Shown here: piece after piece, positions 25,282 to 39,039 of the stretch
How the letters are laid out: each line of letters opens with the position of its first letter
Numbering within the stretch: the first letter of the stretch is position 1
From: Ruditapes philippinarum
Taxonomy: Eukaryota
Direction: 5' to 3'
NCBI RefSeq assembly: GCF_026571515.1
Contig: NW_026862742.1
Location: forward strand, 186,001-250,000
Length of the DNA stretch: 64,000 nt
Translations under genes and position numbers: made by a program
Notes under the pieces: model-generated
What the model was told of the DNA's origin: nothing
What the model saw: only the letters and a program-made list of their open reading frames with translations
Database searches by the model: none

Positions 25282-28200
25282 CATTTTTTTTTTCCTAAGC
25301 AATTTACAACAAAATCTTTCCTTAAAATAATCAAGTCGTCGTATAGTTTCAAAGACCGAACAACCACAGAACGGCAGAATTTTCCCATGTTTTTAAGTTT
25401 CACAGGAAGGGACATACTGGTCTAGTTGTCTGCATATATCTTACCACGCTGCTATTTAATAGTGCAAGTAAGAACCAAGCATAAATTGGTTTGTTACGTA
25501 GCGACTGCATACAAGTGGCCTATCCCAGGGCTGGCAGACGACAAATGCCGAAAAACACCACAGCTGTAAAATGACAAAATAACACAATTAAGGTAAAGCA
25601 ATGGATACCAGCGTACCTTGCTGAGTGTTTGTTTCCTAGAATAATTTAACCATTCTCGAATTTTGGGAATCTCGTGGTTTACAGGTAGATTGGATAGTAA
25701 AGCAATACACCGGAAATGTTAAAGAAAACGTGACGCAAAGCTACGTGGAAGGCAATAGGCATGTCGTCTGCATTCTGTGATAATGCAATTATTATAGCCG
25801 TGAAAGTTGTTCCGAGATTTGCACCTAATGTCAATGGGTACATACGTTCCAGTGAAAGAATTCCAATGCCCACTAAAGGTGTCAAAGCTGACGTAAACAC
25901 AGAACTTGATTGTATGACCATTGTAACTCCAGTGCCTATTAAAATTGCAATATATCCTGTTAAATACCGGAATATTCCAGGGAAATCGGAATTGATAAAC
26001 TTTCGAATAAGTGCAAGAATTGGTCCTCTCATTACAGAATAAAGCGTCCGAACTAATGTGAAGAAACAAGCGCTTAAGATGATCAATGTGAAGATCAGCA
26101 ATACGATTCCAATCGTTGTGTCGCTCCAAGAAACAGATTCAAACAGGAACTGACCTGAATAAAAGTGAATAATTTGTTTGATATCAATAAATTACCTGTA
26201 TTATACCCTAAAACAATCTAAAATTTTCGCATTAGTTTGTTAATAAATTGTTTAACCTATACATAATTATTGACCGAAAGATAAGATAAATTTTCATGAC
26301 TAAAACACTGGCCACTGTTAATTCACAGAAAGGTGAAGTTTTCTTTCAATAAAATGCTATAAATAATATATTCCACAATATGATTCGATGAACTTTTTTC
26401 ACTGTTGAGCATGTTAAAACAAATTCAAACTTACATTTAGCGACACAGATTTTGTTTGGTATATTTTGCAAATGCAAACTGGTTTCATTTTCAAAACTGC
26501 TAATATTGGCATTGATCTGAGTAAACGATCTGTTATATGAATTCCATTTGCAGCAATGTTTGATTATACTTTTGTCACTAGCACCTTCTTTTCCTTCAGC
26601 AATATCAGACAGAACGTGCTTGTTAAGCTGAAATAAGATATAATATCAAAATATTAAAAATCAGAAAACTCTGTTTAGGAGGCCTATTGAGGGTAACACA
26701 TGTGTAAAAAGCGCAAATATACAGCCAATATATGTATTATAATCATTTGTTTGGATTGAGAAACGAACTATGACTGAAGAAGACTAAGACAGGAGTAGGG
26801 ATGCTGTATAACATACCTGCATAATTTGGCTTGTGAATGGTTTGGTAATCGTTTTCAGTAGTTGTAACGATTTTCGTTTCTCTCTTGATTTCGGAAAGTC
26901 TATGGATGCCACAATGGCCTTAGTGGTGAAGTAATACAGGTAGCCTGCAAGCAAATCATATAATAATTATATCAAGTTATATATCGACAAAATATAATTA
27001 CCTGCAATCAATAATACTTCAATCTTAAATTTTTTTAATTATCTCAAGTCTACTTATTAAACTATAAAGTGACGGGACTCTTGAATTTGTCTTACTTGAT
27101 CTTTTAGATGAAGAACTAGGTTGCTTAAGAGCCTTGTGAATAGTAGCTTGTCTTCAGCCTATTGTTTATATTTAAAAACATCTTATTATTAAAAATTGAA
27201 ACGATTTGAATCCACTCAAAAGATAGGAATTAAATATTACATTATCAAGCCCCTAAACCAAAATATACAACTAGAGAGTTTAACTGCTTATAAAACAACC
27301 AACTCGACCTACAGAGAAGAAGTATAATACCTGTTGCTGCTTCAAGTGGAAGAAATACGATAACAGTCATCCAATTAAACATGTCATGAATAGTTGCTCC
27401 AGCAAAAGCTCGTCTAAACTCTTCTTGTTTTGTGATCTGTCCTAAAGCTACAATTGTATTTGTCGTTGATGTTCCTATGTTTGCACCCATAACAATAGGT
27501 ATCACATCACGGACTGTCAGCACTTACAACGTTATTTTTTTTATAAAGAGAAAAACGAAATTAGTTAATTCTACATAATAAGGCAACTCATTGGATGAAA
27601 TAAAATTAATTCTTGTGTTCAACAGAGGGAAATTGTTCAACAACGATGGTATTGTGAGTGACTGTTTTTTACTAAGTATCCTTTTTGCTTTAATTTAGAC
27701 AGCGATTACATTTACGTGACATCCCATTTATATTTTTAATTCAGTTTGTTAAATGTAATTCTTTATAACTTTTTAGGATTAGAAAGGTTGTATCTAAATA
27801 TAGAGACAATAAAATTGCATTTATATTGGTTTTGCAAAAAAAAGGAACCGCAATGGCAATTAGTAAAGACTTGAGAGAACAAATCATGTATACTACCACA
27901 TACTTTTGTTGACAGTTTTTGCAAAATAATTATTGCTTTATTTTTGTATGGATTAAAATAGATTTTTTTTATATAAATAATTCATATATTCTCATCTGTT
28001 AAATAATAAACTGTTTACCAACCTTTAGAAACTGCTAAACTAATTGCTATACCAGTGGTTGTTGAGGAAGATTGAAAGAGAACGGTTGCTAGGACACCAA
28101 TCATCAGGCCGGCAACAGGGTTACTAAGTACATCGCTATTTTGAAACACTGAACCTGCCGTTTTTCCTTCAAAACAATTAATACACAAACAATTCAGTAA

Positions 28201-29506
28201 ATCAGAATCCCTAAATAGATCATTACAAGGCAAAATTGAAAATGTTGCAGGCTCGGCTTGATTTAGCCTTTTCATGGACGGTAGTGGTAATTGCACGTCC
28301 CCTAGCACCAGCCATTACGGCATAAATATTTTGATAGAAAATAACAAAAAATAACATCAGTAGAAGTTATGCAATCTGATGATTATCCTCACAGGTAAAG
28401 ATTTTAGAAATAACTTAATAATTAAATTAAAAAAGTTCTTTAACTTACACTAAATAAATAAAATTATTATGCGTCAAAGAGTAATTAATTCACGTGGTAA
28501 CTTTTCCTTCAAAGTAATACCTCCAATTAACTTGAATGATTTACTCAGCAAGTCTAGAGAGCAAATAAAGAAATATAAACATCCGAGTAGTAAAATTGTC
28601 TTTCCAACAGAAACTGCAACTCTCTTAATCTTCATAAGACAGCTCAATTCTGCAATACACAAAAACAAACTAAAAGTAAATTTACGAAATGTTATCTCTC
28701 CGAATAAAGCGCTATCACTTTTAATAACATTTTTTTGGGGGAAAAAACATTACCCGTGAATTATCTTAAATGGGCTTGGCCATATTTCAATGTGGACAAG
28801 GCCGTTCATCATTAAAAAAGCGAAGAGAGTGCAGACTATGGTTAGTCGTCACAGATGTACCGGCAGATATTGGCCTGCACCAATCATACCTGGACAGATT
28901 CTGCAGCCGCCAGCAGGCTTATGATTAAATAAAATCTTGAAGCCCAATTTTCCGAATTATAAAATTTCATAAAAGGAGCTAGGCTAGTGGTGCATTTATT
29001 GAAGAAATATAGACTACATGTTACATACTTATTTGAGTAAACTGCATCACTTTACCTGACCATTTCGTATAGTTGACTTGAACTTCAGGTAACTCCCAGG
29101 GATCTTGTCTTGTCAATGATTCCACTGTGTCAATTTGGACATCGTTGACTTTATTCTGCATAAGAAATGTTTTAAAGTACAATTAATGTTAAATAATTTC
29201 ACAACTACTATGGACGGGAAGGTTCGTCCTGTGCATGCTCCTCATAAACAGTTGATTATCGTACCTTACATATGGTGTAGATTTCGAGCTTTTAGTAATA
29301 AATCCCTGAATTACTTTAACAAACTACACATGTACTTATAATGTCTTGTGATCGAACAAAATGAATATAAAATTGAACATCACAGCCAAGAAATATATAA
29401 CTATGATACATGTATCAGAGCATGTTAAATGAACAAAGAATTACAAACTACAGATTAGGATTCTTACCGATGGCATCTCTTCCAATTCCATATTATTTCC
29501 TGTCAT
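25282..29506 (-). CDS. SLC34A: SLC34 family Na/Pi cotransporter, copy B, 8 coding exons (3' part of last exon frameshifted in this assembly)
   Basis: Exons (minus): 29468-29506, 29056-29155, 28521-28649, 28023-28166, 27331-27522, 26817-26944, 26435-26627, ~25282-26154, with the same intron positions as copy A. Motifs [37 protein letters not shown]. Confidence 0.9.
28748..28928 (+). mobile_element. Degenerate short MITE (TTAA-ended family) in SLC34-B intron 2
   Basis: Resembles a common clam MITE with an internal AGTGCAGA...CTGCAC hairpin and a ...ATGATTAA end. Recognised by pattern only. Confidence 0.35.
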
Positions 29507-30142
29507 CTCTCAGATCACAACTCGAAGATTTAAATGATCTCATATAGAGATGCAATGATTTTATCAAGACCTCTGTTACATTATTTTGAGACAGACACTA
29601 ACTTGTTGACAACATGGTTTGATTGTATTTGTGTCATTACTTTTACATCAACCACATCTTACATGACCTGTGTCCCCACATAACGTTGATGCATATCCTT
29701 CTTTCCCTCGCAGCTATATAATAAATGAATGAATACTTTGGTTTTCGTCCATTTTTAAATTTTGTGTGTTTTATTATACATATATTTCTTAAATTCAAAC
29801 TTCATGAGGGAATTATAACTACTTCACAGTATAAAGACATATCTTATATTATTTTACAAATAATTAAACATGATATTTGTATATAATGTTTTATGTTTTC
29901 AATTGTTCTTTAGTTTAGTATTATTGTCCATGATATTTAATTTGTATGTTTTGCTCGGGTGATGGTTTTCATGTCCCTAAAATTTGGACTTTTTCTTGCT
30001 ATAGGAACAAAATAGATCGTACAATATTTTTATGCTTTTATACTAATTAAGGCTTAATAAAAATATATCAACTGCGTTTTCAGATGAGAAATGTTGAAAC
30101 GATGCTGTCTATGAATCCTAACTTGACATAAGACTGAAATAT

Positions 30143-30370
30143 GAGCCGCGTCACGACAAAACCAACATAATGGGTTTACGACCAGCATGGATCCAGACCA
30201 GCCTGCGCATCCGCGCAGTCTGATCAGGACCTATGCTGTTCGCTGTTCAGTTTCTCTACTTGTAATAGAGTTGGTAAGCGAACAGCATGGATCCTGATCA
30301 GACTGCGCAGGCTGGTCTGGATCCATGCTGGTCGCAAACGCACTATGTTGGTTGTGTCGTGACACGGCTC
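30143..30370. mobile_element. Palindromic MITE with GAG..CTC ends and 4-bp TSD ATAT (Sola-like)
   Basis: ATAT|GAGCCGCGTCACGACAAAACCAACATA...GACACGGCTC|ATAT; arms contain CAGCATGGATCCAGACCAGCCTGCGC. Confidence 0.85.
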
Positions 30371-33300
30371 ATATGATTTATAAGATAAACTGAACTTGAT
30401 TAACATAGCGTATATATATAATTTCATTAATTACATTATTCTAACCTCCTTTCTGAAAAGTTTCGATGTTCAGCGAGGAAAGAGGGTTTACAAAACTCCG
30501 GGGAGCAAGCTTTCCTTTTAAACTTCAGAACGTTTTCTTCTTTTTGTCAGGTCAGATTATGGTTTTATTTATTTATTCTACGTTATAAACCAAGCGACGT
30601 CAGGAAGGCTACTTCTACGCCCAATTTAGTTCGACGTTTTTTTATATATTCTTTTTTTTATTAGAGTGATAGAATGGAAATAGATATTAAATTTTCTTGC
30701 ATATTAGTATGGTTAACGGTAGATTAGGGTTGGCTGGTATATTTATGTAACAAGTGATGTAGCATCCGTAATTGATTATCTTTTTACAAGTGAAAAGAAT
30801 TTCCCAAATATTTGTTATTTAATTGTACATTCTGTAAATTTAGTTTTTCACTGTTTTGTAACAATATTCAGTCGTTATTTTGGTTCAAATGTTTTGTAAT
30901 TTATCACTCAGGCATATCAGCCTTCGTGATTATATTCATATGCATTATAACTCTAACAGTACATTATTCTACAACAATGCACTTAAAATTGATATATTTT
31001 TTCTAAAAATTTGCAATTTTATACATACTTTGTCACGAATATTATAAGTTTTTAAATAACTTGATATGTTGTCCATTTATATTTTAATGATTAGGTTTCC
31101 ACATAACATTAAGTTTTATGCAACACTTATTTTTGTTATTGGATATGTTAAAGCGTGTAATAGTTATATACACGATATAATATATATAAGCAAATATGAA
31201 AAAGAAATTGAATCCAAAACTATTTTGTTTTAACAGCACTTTAAAAAAAGAAAAAAGTGTGTGTGTATTTATTTGATTCACTTTCATCAAAAATGAAAAT
31301 TATCTGATTTAGGAACTAACATGATTTAATTTTCCTAAACATTAAGACAAACAGTTAATGAATAGTTAATTAGCATGGCCTTATTGTGATTTATTTTTAG
31401 CTTGTCATGTTTTAGATGAACATAAATGTTATAATGTCGGACAGATAATTAGTGATTAAGATGTAAAACAGTTTTGGAAACCACATTGTTTTTACGTACT
31501 TGTTGCTATCAGACAAACAAAAAAAGTTACTAGGGTTGTTCAAAAAGTAATAAGACTGCAGCTCTACTGTCAACACTACACAATTTTACAAGAGACCAAT
31601 ATCGGAACCTGTCTTCTTATTTATTTATTTATTTATTTATTTATTCTTTTTCTTTTTCTTTCTTTTTTGCGATGTAAATCTTCCAAATTTGAATTTACGA
31701 TTGAACTCGTACATATTACACAATGATAAAACTGTACGAAATATGTATTTAATTCAAAAATAAACTTCTCGAAAATGGAAAGTTTATATTTATTTTATCG
31801 TTGGATTTATTATTCAACGAAATTTGTAATTTGGAAAGCATGAAAATAAGTGAAATGTGAGAAGTAACCTAGCGGTTAATTAGTACGTCTTCTCCCCACC
31901 CCAGGGATCGTTAGTTCGGCGCATGACATTTTTTGCCTCGTATGGCACAAGTATTGGTTAGTGTCAAAAAGCAATTTTAATGGCGGTTGAAAATAGGTGC
32001 AAGCGTCTTTCATTATCGAGTTTAATTGAAAAATGTTTTAAACTAATGCAATGTGAACCTTATTAACAGGTCCTCACTTCCATAGTTTCATTATTTCTAA
32101 AACAAGTGCTTAAGTCAGGTATGTTTTAATATGTTTGTCCCATTCTGCATATTTTTGTTCGACTAACACTGTTTAATGCGAAACTTATATTCAATCAATT
32201 TAACTAAAATTCAACCAGTTCTAAAAATAAACGTACAGATCTGACGGTTGATTGGTTATGTCACACTATGATTAGGTTCACTTACTTTTTTGCTATGAAA
32301 GGTACCTATTTATTATATTTCTGGTGCGATTTGGTCTTGGTGTGGCGTTTGCTGTTCTTATAACAAATATTTACAAAGAGAAATAACGATGGAATAAACC
32401 ACAAGAGTTTAGTCATTAAATGCAAATTAACAAAAGTTCTAAGTACTACTTTGATGTCTTTCTGAAAACAACTGGAGAGTCGATTTTGATATTTTAAGAA
32501 TCATTTGAGATCTCATTTTCTTTTAATTGTAAGTCATATGTACGGCAGTATACTTTTCAGATAATAATGCTAGATTTTTTAGATATTTTTTATGGATAAT
32601 TTTTTTTCTCAAGAAATCTTTAGCTTCACTTCTATTGAGAATATGTCCATTTATTTTTTATTAAAGTAATATCAGGACACTTGAACCGGCTTGAAAGTAA
32701 ATCGGGAGTTGTAACAAGGATCTCGCGCATGTGTCTGGCGACGTCAATAATCTGTATCATCTCTGCTTATGTGCTGTATTTATTGACCGTCCCTGGCGCC
32801 CGGCGGCGGCTTGATTACAGTTTCAGTATTTTGAATAATATCTAAAAACCTTGTATCCTACTTGTCGTGACTGAGATGGTTCGGTAACGAGTTACTACCT
32901 AAAGGGGAAACTGCGGCTGTCTGGTATTCCGCCTCATGTTTACAAATAAATAGCTTTGAATGTTCAAAATTCTTTCCTCTAGGATGAAAACGGGTTTATA
33001 GTATTACTACTAGAACACACACATTCAAACAAATGATATGTGTTTAATGAAAATAAAGTACGAACCTGTATTAAGAATCATACCTCAGATCCTGTTTTGT
33101 TATAAACATTCAAGCGATTATATATTTTTCATAACGTCTTCATGCCAAAAAAAAAAAGATTTTCCATGCGGTTTTGATATTCAAAGAAAATCCTGTTTTG
33201 CACGTGTAAGAAAACTGGCTTAAGCGGCCATAATCTGTGAAGTAATACACCTTCGATTTCATTATTAATACTGGCAATGATAGTTTAAGTTGTGTACAAA

Positions 33301-34257
33301 CTATGTTTACGTTTCAATCCAGGAAACACATGTACATCTTTTCATCTTTAGTATTTTAATAGATGAATAATGTACCTTTTTTTCGTACATTAACATCTGC
33401 ATAAGAACGAGGACTTATTGAAAGCCCGAACCCGAAGTGCAAGAGATGTAATAAGTCCGAGCGCTCTTTTACTGATTTTAATGCACGGAAAAAGGTGTAT
33501 GAGGGCTATTCTTGTATAAAAGTTTATTCCAAATCGGTTATTCCGCGTTTCGATTTTGTATTTCGTATAACAAAATGCTTGCTCAATGCTTTCCATGTGC
33601 TCGTGCAAAGTTATTTGGCATTTATGATTTGATGATAAAACTACCGAGCCCGTGCAACAATGCCGCATGTTCTTGAGAAAATATTCACCGTGAATGTATT
33701 ACCCGTGTGTGCAGTTTTTTTATGCAAGAATTATATTTAAAATTATTCATAATTATAAACTTTGAGCAAGACAATTATTCTGGTAGAAGTAAAAATAAAA
33801 CGGTGAGACGTCACTTCGATACACCAATCGTTCTTCAAGAAATGCTCGTGCACTTTGGAACAAAAAGTTGGTGTTTTTCCTTCTTTGTTTTATTTCTCTC
33901 TTTTTTTACTTATACTGTGTGTCATTATATCAGAAGATGTGCAATAGATGAATTATTCTTAAGATATAAGGGGTAATAATATTTTGAGCATTCATTAAGC
34001 TAGTCTAGTAAAATATAAATATGAAACCAACATTCAAGTATACGTTGAATAGCGCATAACGTTGAATGCAGACAGTAAATCAAGGACACTGCAAAGTACC
34101 CAGTTATATAAGATTAGAGACCGATAATAACTTTAACGTGGCTTTGTCAACCGTAAACAAGCTTTTTAATAAAAGTAAATTAATCGTATGAAAATATGTC
34201 CACTGAAGCAGAGAGTTTGATCTATAAATAGTTAAATGTTATTTTAGTTAAAACAAA

Positions 34258-37200
34258 ATGTGTGTATCAAGACTGAAACAGTTTGAGGGTGGTTGGGCTG
34301 GATTGATAGTACTAGTTTCTTCCTTTCTAACATGGGTAAGACTTATATCGTATATATCTATAACAAATCATTACAACTTATATAACCTTGTCTTCTCATA
34401 TCTGTTGCTTAGGGATACTCTAGAGTGACATAATACATTGTAGTCAGTTCGTACACTTTTTATTTTTTGGTGGTGTTAGCATCGTAATGAAAGATTAACT
34501 TTACCATACGTCGATTAAATATTTGTCGTCTGGCTGGCAAAAATCGTTTATATATACCAGCTGCGTATCCAGTTTGTAGGAATACATATGTTGTTGTTGT
34601 TTTTTTATTGTTGTTTTTTTATGTAAACATATTATTCGTTCATAGGTTTACGAAATGACAACAACGTGGCCTATTGAATGTTTCCTATGAATGACCTAAC
34701 GAGTTTTATATCATAATCATATTATAGTTCACTCTGCTCTCTCCTTTGCTTTTCATCCAATCATCATCGAGAGATTTTCATTTTTTTTGCCACATTTATC
34801 TATTAAGTAAAGTCATTAAGTGAAACTATTAAGTTGTCAATGTGAAAGTTTCCAAATATGGAAAACTAAGCTCTGTCTGCAAGAATGATCGATTTTCTTA
34901 AAGCTGCACGCTTCCCGATGAGCCAAAATATTTCAAGAAAATCAATATTGAGAAATATGTACTAACATTTTAAGAAAGGTAAAACATTCTAGATCAAAGT
35001 TAATTTTTTGTTATGTGCGGTTTAAGACTGATTTTGCCGTATTTTATCACCATATTTCTACTGCGTTACGAACGCAGTAAGGGCTGTTTTTGCATATGTT
35101 GACCTTTTTTTATTGTAATTGCCGATTGCAATATTTGTTCACCTCACAATATTTTACTTTTAAATACATTTTAAAATTTTCATGAACATCGACATTAATC
35201 TGGAGGCGTGCTGTTTTAAGGTAAAAAAAAAATAGGTACACCATAAATATTGTGTATTACTTTTTTGATATTCAGTCAGGTATGGTGGCTGATTTGGTAC
35301 ACTTGCGCGTTGCGTTGTCGATAGCGACAACACAACCTATATCGTTATCGCCTTTTCGTCTTGTCGCTAGCGGCAGCACGACAAAGCGCCAAACAACGCG
35401 TTGTCGCACTGTCGTCCTGTCGCTAGCGAAGCACGCCAACCGGCGGGTTGTTGTGTGGCGTGTTGTCGCAATGTCGCTTGGCTTATATATAAACAAACAG
35501 CAAATATTTCGATTTGAGCTAGTGACAATGTGACATCGCGACAACACGCCGCACGACAACGCGCCGTTTGGCTTGCATCGTTAGCGACAGAACGACAAGA
35601 CGAAAGTCCAACAACGCGCCGTTAGGCGCTTTGTCGTGATATCGCTAGCGACAACACGACGCACTAAAGTGTTCCAAATCAGCCACCATAGTCAGAACTT
35701 ATTCTTAATTGTTTTCTCTAAAAATAATAAATAATTGTTTTGTCTAGATTGATAAATAAAAACAACTACGTTTCAGTTATTTAGCGTGGTAAGGGTTAAA
35801 TATGTATTTCATTACACGAAGTTAGAGGCACTTATTTATGATAAAATATACTTTAACACGTTATTACTTAATTACGTAACTACTTTATTGTCAAACAGAT
35901 TTTGTTTTCAGTTGAAACTATAATTAAGATCGCTATAAAGTATTACATGTGTTATTCATTTTTTATTTATTAGGATCATTCTTCATTTCTCTTATTACAC
36001 AGCGTCAGTTAGATCTAATTTTTTTTTTCATAAAAGGATTTAATTCAATAGGTTTGCGCTTGCAGAAATCATGATCACAAATTAGACAAATGTCGTTTTT
36101 TTTCGCCGAGCCTAACATTTTTCATTCATTATCGAATATAAATAGGTTCAAGAAATGAATTAAAAGTCATTCCGGTGTGTGAAAATGCGAGATATTAGCA
36201 TTTAATCATTCAAGCGCCTTGTCCGATATATACCTACCTACCGTAATACGATATTTAGTGTGGTGCTCAAATCCTTTTTTATAAAATGTATCATTTTCAG
36301 GTGTGTGCATTCGGAACATCGGTTTCAATCGGCATCTACAATTTAGATTTTGCTGACTACTTCAACATAGGATCTGCAGAAGTCTCACTAATAGGTTCCA
36401 TTAATACAGGATTTCTATTCGGTGCAGGTAATACCAATTATTCAATTTTCTCTTTGCATACAAATAACCTAATTAATCCATATTTGAGGAATATATAATA
36501 TTGCAGAATTAAGGAAATCATGTTACTATGATATATGATTTTTGAAAGATAATAATGAAGACGGGTATTTAACTTTTTCTACAAATCAGACGCGGTATAT
36601 AATGCTGTAAAATGTTTAATTCACCTTGATTCATTCCAATATGCAGACCTACGTATCTAAAAGCATAAATATCAATATTGGTCGATGTTGATACGATGTC
36701 CTGAAAACTGTATGTCCATACTTCATGGTAAAGTGTAAATCATTTTTTGGATCATATGTGTATGGGCCGGATGCCTTATTATGCTATAAACTTGCAATTA
36801 ATTGAATTAAATGTCAATAGTCAAAAGTTTAACTTTCTGATAAAAAAATAGGTCCTATCGCCGGTGTTCTGATGTCTAAATGGAGCTACAGGAAGGTTGC
36901 TGTTGTTGGGGCTATATTAAGCAGTATTGGACTGGTGGCATTTGTGTTTTCACCAAACGTTTTATACGCTTACTTCTTCTATGGTGTTCTAAATGGTATG
37001 TATACAGTACATTTTTTCTCTGTAATATGCGAGATAACTGATGTTTGTCATTAAACAACAAATATATATAATTAATAATAGCACGATTTACTCGGAAATA
37101 TATGTATAATGTTTCCTATCAATTCTGCTTCAGCTATATTGACCGCCTTGTCATCTTTCTATATTTTTATAATTGTATTATGTTGTATTGCCAAATATAT

Positions 37201-38770
37201 TTCCTTCTATCTATCAGTAAAATGATTAGAAATTAGGGTAGAGTAAACCTAGGAAATGAATACGACTTTTCCTTTTCCAGAAAAAATCCCCTTGTATGTG
37301 AAAAATAATTTGTCTAAACTGTTTCAGGGTTGGGCAATTGTTTAGCGGTGACGGCGTCGCAGGTGTCCTGTGGTCAACATTACGTCAAATATAGAGGAAT
37401 AACGTCTAGCTTTGTCATTTCCGGTACCGGATTTGGCTCTGCTTTATTTCCAATCATTATTAATTATTTGATAAAAGTATATGGTTGGAGGGGATCGCTT
37501 TTGTTTTTAAGTGGTATAAATCTACATATGCTCGTCTTTACTTTATTACTGCTACCTGTAAAAGCTTCTTCACAAATTCAGTCTGATCGGCGTTTAGAAA
37601 ATAAAATGAAAAACAGAAAAAAAAGCCTGTCTGATATTTATAATGATAAGAGTCATGAAATTAAAGAGGATATTGAGACTTTAGGCAAGTTTCAAATAAA
37701 ATGTAAATACTACCTGCAGAAATTAAAAAGAAACATAAGCACAATTTTAAATTTTAAATTTTTCATATTCTTGACCAGCACGATTCTGTTTAATTTTGGT
37801 TATAACGCTATTGTGATATTTCTACCTCAGCATTCTATTGCTATTGGATATAATGAGGGCACAGCTTCATTGGCACTGACTCTTGTTGGGGCAGGTTTAT
37901 TTGTTGGATGTATAATTGGTAGTTTACTTGGTAATTATAACTGTAAAATTATTGTACTCATTATTGGCTCCTTCGGTTTTGGAATTTCGTCAATATTGAT
38001 AAAAGTTTCCCAAGTGCAATATATGTACATGTCACTGTCATTTTTGGCCGGGTTATCAAGTGGTTTAGAGACGGCTTATCTTTTAACAATCGCCTGCGAG
38101 ATATTAGGTGATGATGCTATGGCCATCGGTTTTGGATTCGTTCTGTTTGCTGTAGGAGTCGGGTGTATGATAGGTCCACCAATCACAGGTGAGTTCTATA
38201 TTTGTTTCTGTTAGGAGTTAACTGTCGTCTAAAATAGGTAAATTAAATCCAACTTGATTTTTTTTTATTTATTCATCGTGTTTTCAAGTTTCATGTAAAT
38301 CTAAGTATTTTTATTTGGTAGGAGTAAGGAAATTCTCCGATACTGTAACTGATTCATTGATTGCACTATTTGTTTAGTAATTTGTACTTAACGAGGGCAC
38401 AAGTTAAATATCTTTATCTAAATAAACGTTTGGTCATTCCAAAATATATATAGTTTTAATACCAGTAACAAAGTATAAATTAATGCTTTTTCAATAGAAC
38501 GTAAAAATATTCTGCATAACCCAAAAATTAAAATAAACATTACACATTACAGGTTATCTTGTTGACAATTATCAAGACACAGATTACGTGCTATATGTAT
38601 CAGCAATTGTGACAATACTATCAGGCGTAATTATGCTTCCATACCCACTTATATCTGTTGTGAAGAAATGTTCTAGATCCAGGACAAGTGAGCAGTCTAC
38701 TCATCCAAGTCAATCGACAATCACATTGGTTAGTGTGATAACGGACATGAATGAAATACATGTACAATGA
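34258..38770 (+). CDS. SLC16A: Monocarboxylate-transporter-like MFS protein (SLC16 family), 5 exons, ~475 aa
   Basis: Exons 34258-34335, 36301-36427, 36852-36995, 37328-38188, 38553-38770 join in frame (1428 nt, GT-AG). EGGWAGLIV (variant of DGGWGW), GPIAGVLMSKWSYRKV, YGWRGSLLFLSGINLH, GPPITGYLVD. Confidence 0.88.
34902..35215. mobile_element. Kolobok-like TTAA MITE in SLC16 intron 1
   Basis: TTAA|AGCTGCACGCTTCCCGAT...ATCTGGAGGCGTGCTGTT|TTAA imperfect TIRs. Confidence 0.6.
35281..35690. mobile_element. MITE with TATGG..CCATA ends and near-perfect 6-bp TSD (IS3EU-like)
   Basis: TATGGTGGCTGATTTGGTACACTT / AAGTGTTCCAAATCAGCCACCATA; flanks GTCAGG and GTCAGA; internal CGACAAC/GTTGTCG repeats. 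Confidence 0.8.
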
Positions 38771-38938
38771 TATTAACTTTTAATCATACATTATTTCAAA
38801 CAACTTCAGAACATATAAAATCATTTAGTAATTTACAATACAGGCATGAAGTGTTGACCAGTAAGCTGGGCTTATAAAGGTCTTCTGCCTATAGATTTAC
38901 AATGCATACAATACGTTTTTACATCCTTATTTTATGTA

Positions 38939-38944
38939 AATAAA
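38939..38944 (+). promoter_or_regulatory. Candidate polyadenylation signal of the SLC16 gene
   Basis: AATAAA about 170 bp after the TGA. Weak evidence in AT-rich DNA. Confidence 0.35.
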
Positions 38945-39039
38945 GATGAGATTGTTTCCTACATTAAGTTGTAATCTAGAGCAAAATTATAAACAAACAA
39001 AGAAATGAAAAATTGAGAATACAATACCGAATCATTATG

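Noticed and set aside
32700-32950. GC-rich patch as a bidirectional promoter between SLC34-B and SLC16
   Set aside because: It is 1.3-3.2 kb from either start codon with no diagnostic motifs, and is equally likely a repeat fragment.
35252-35559. Arg/Thr-rich ORFs on both strands
   Set aside because: Translations of the CG-rich internal repeats of a MITE.
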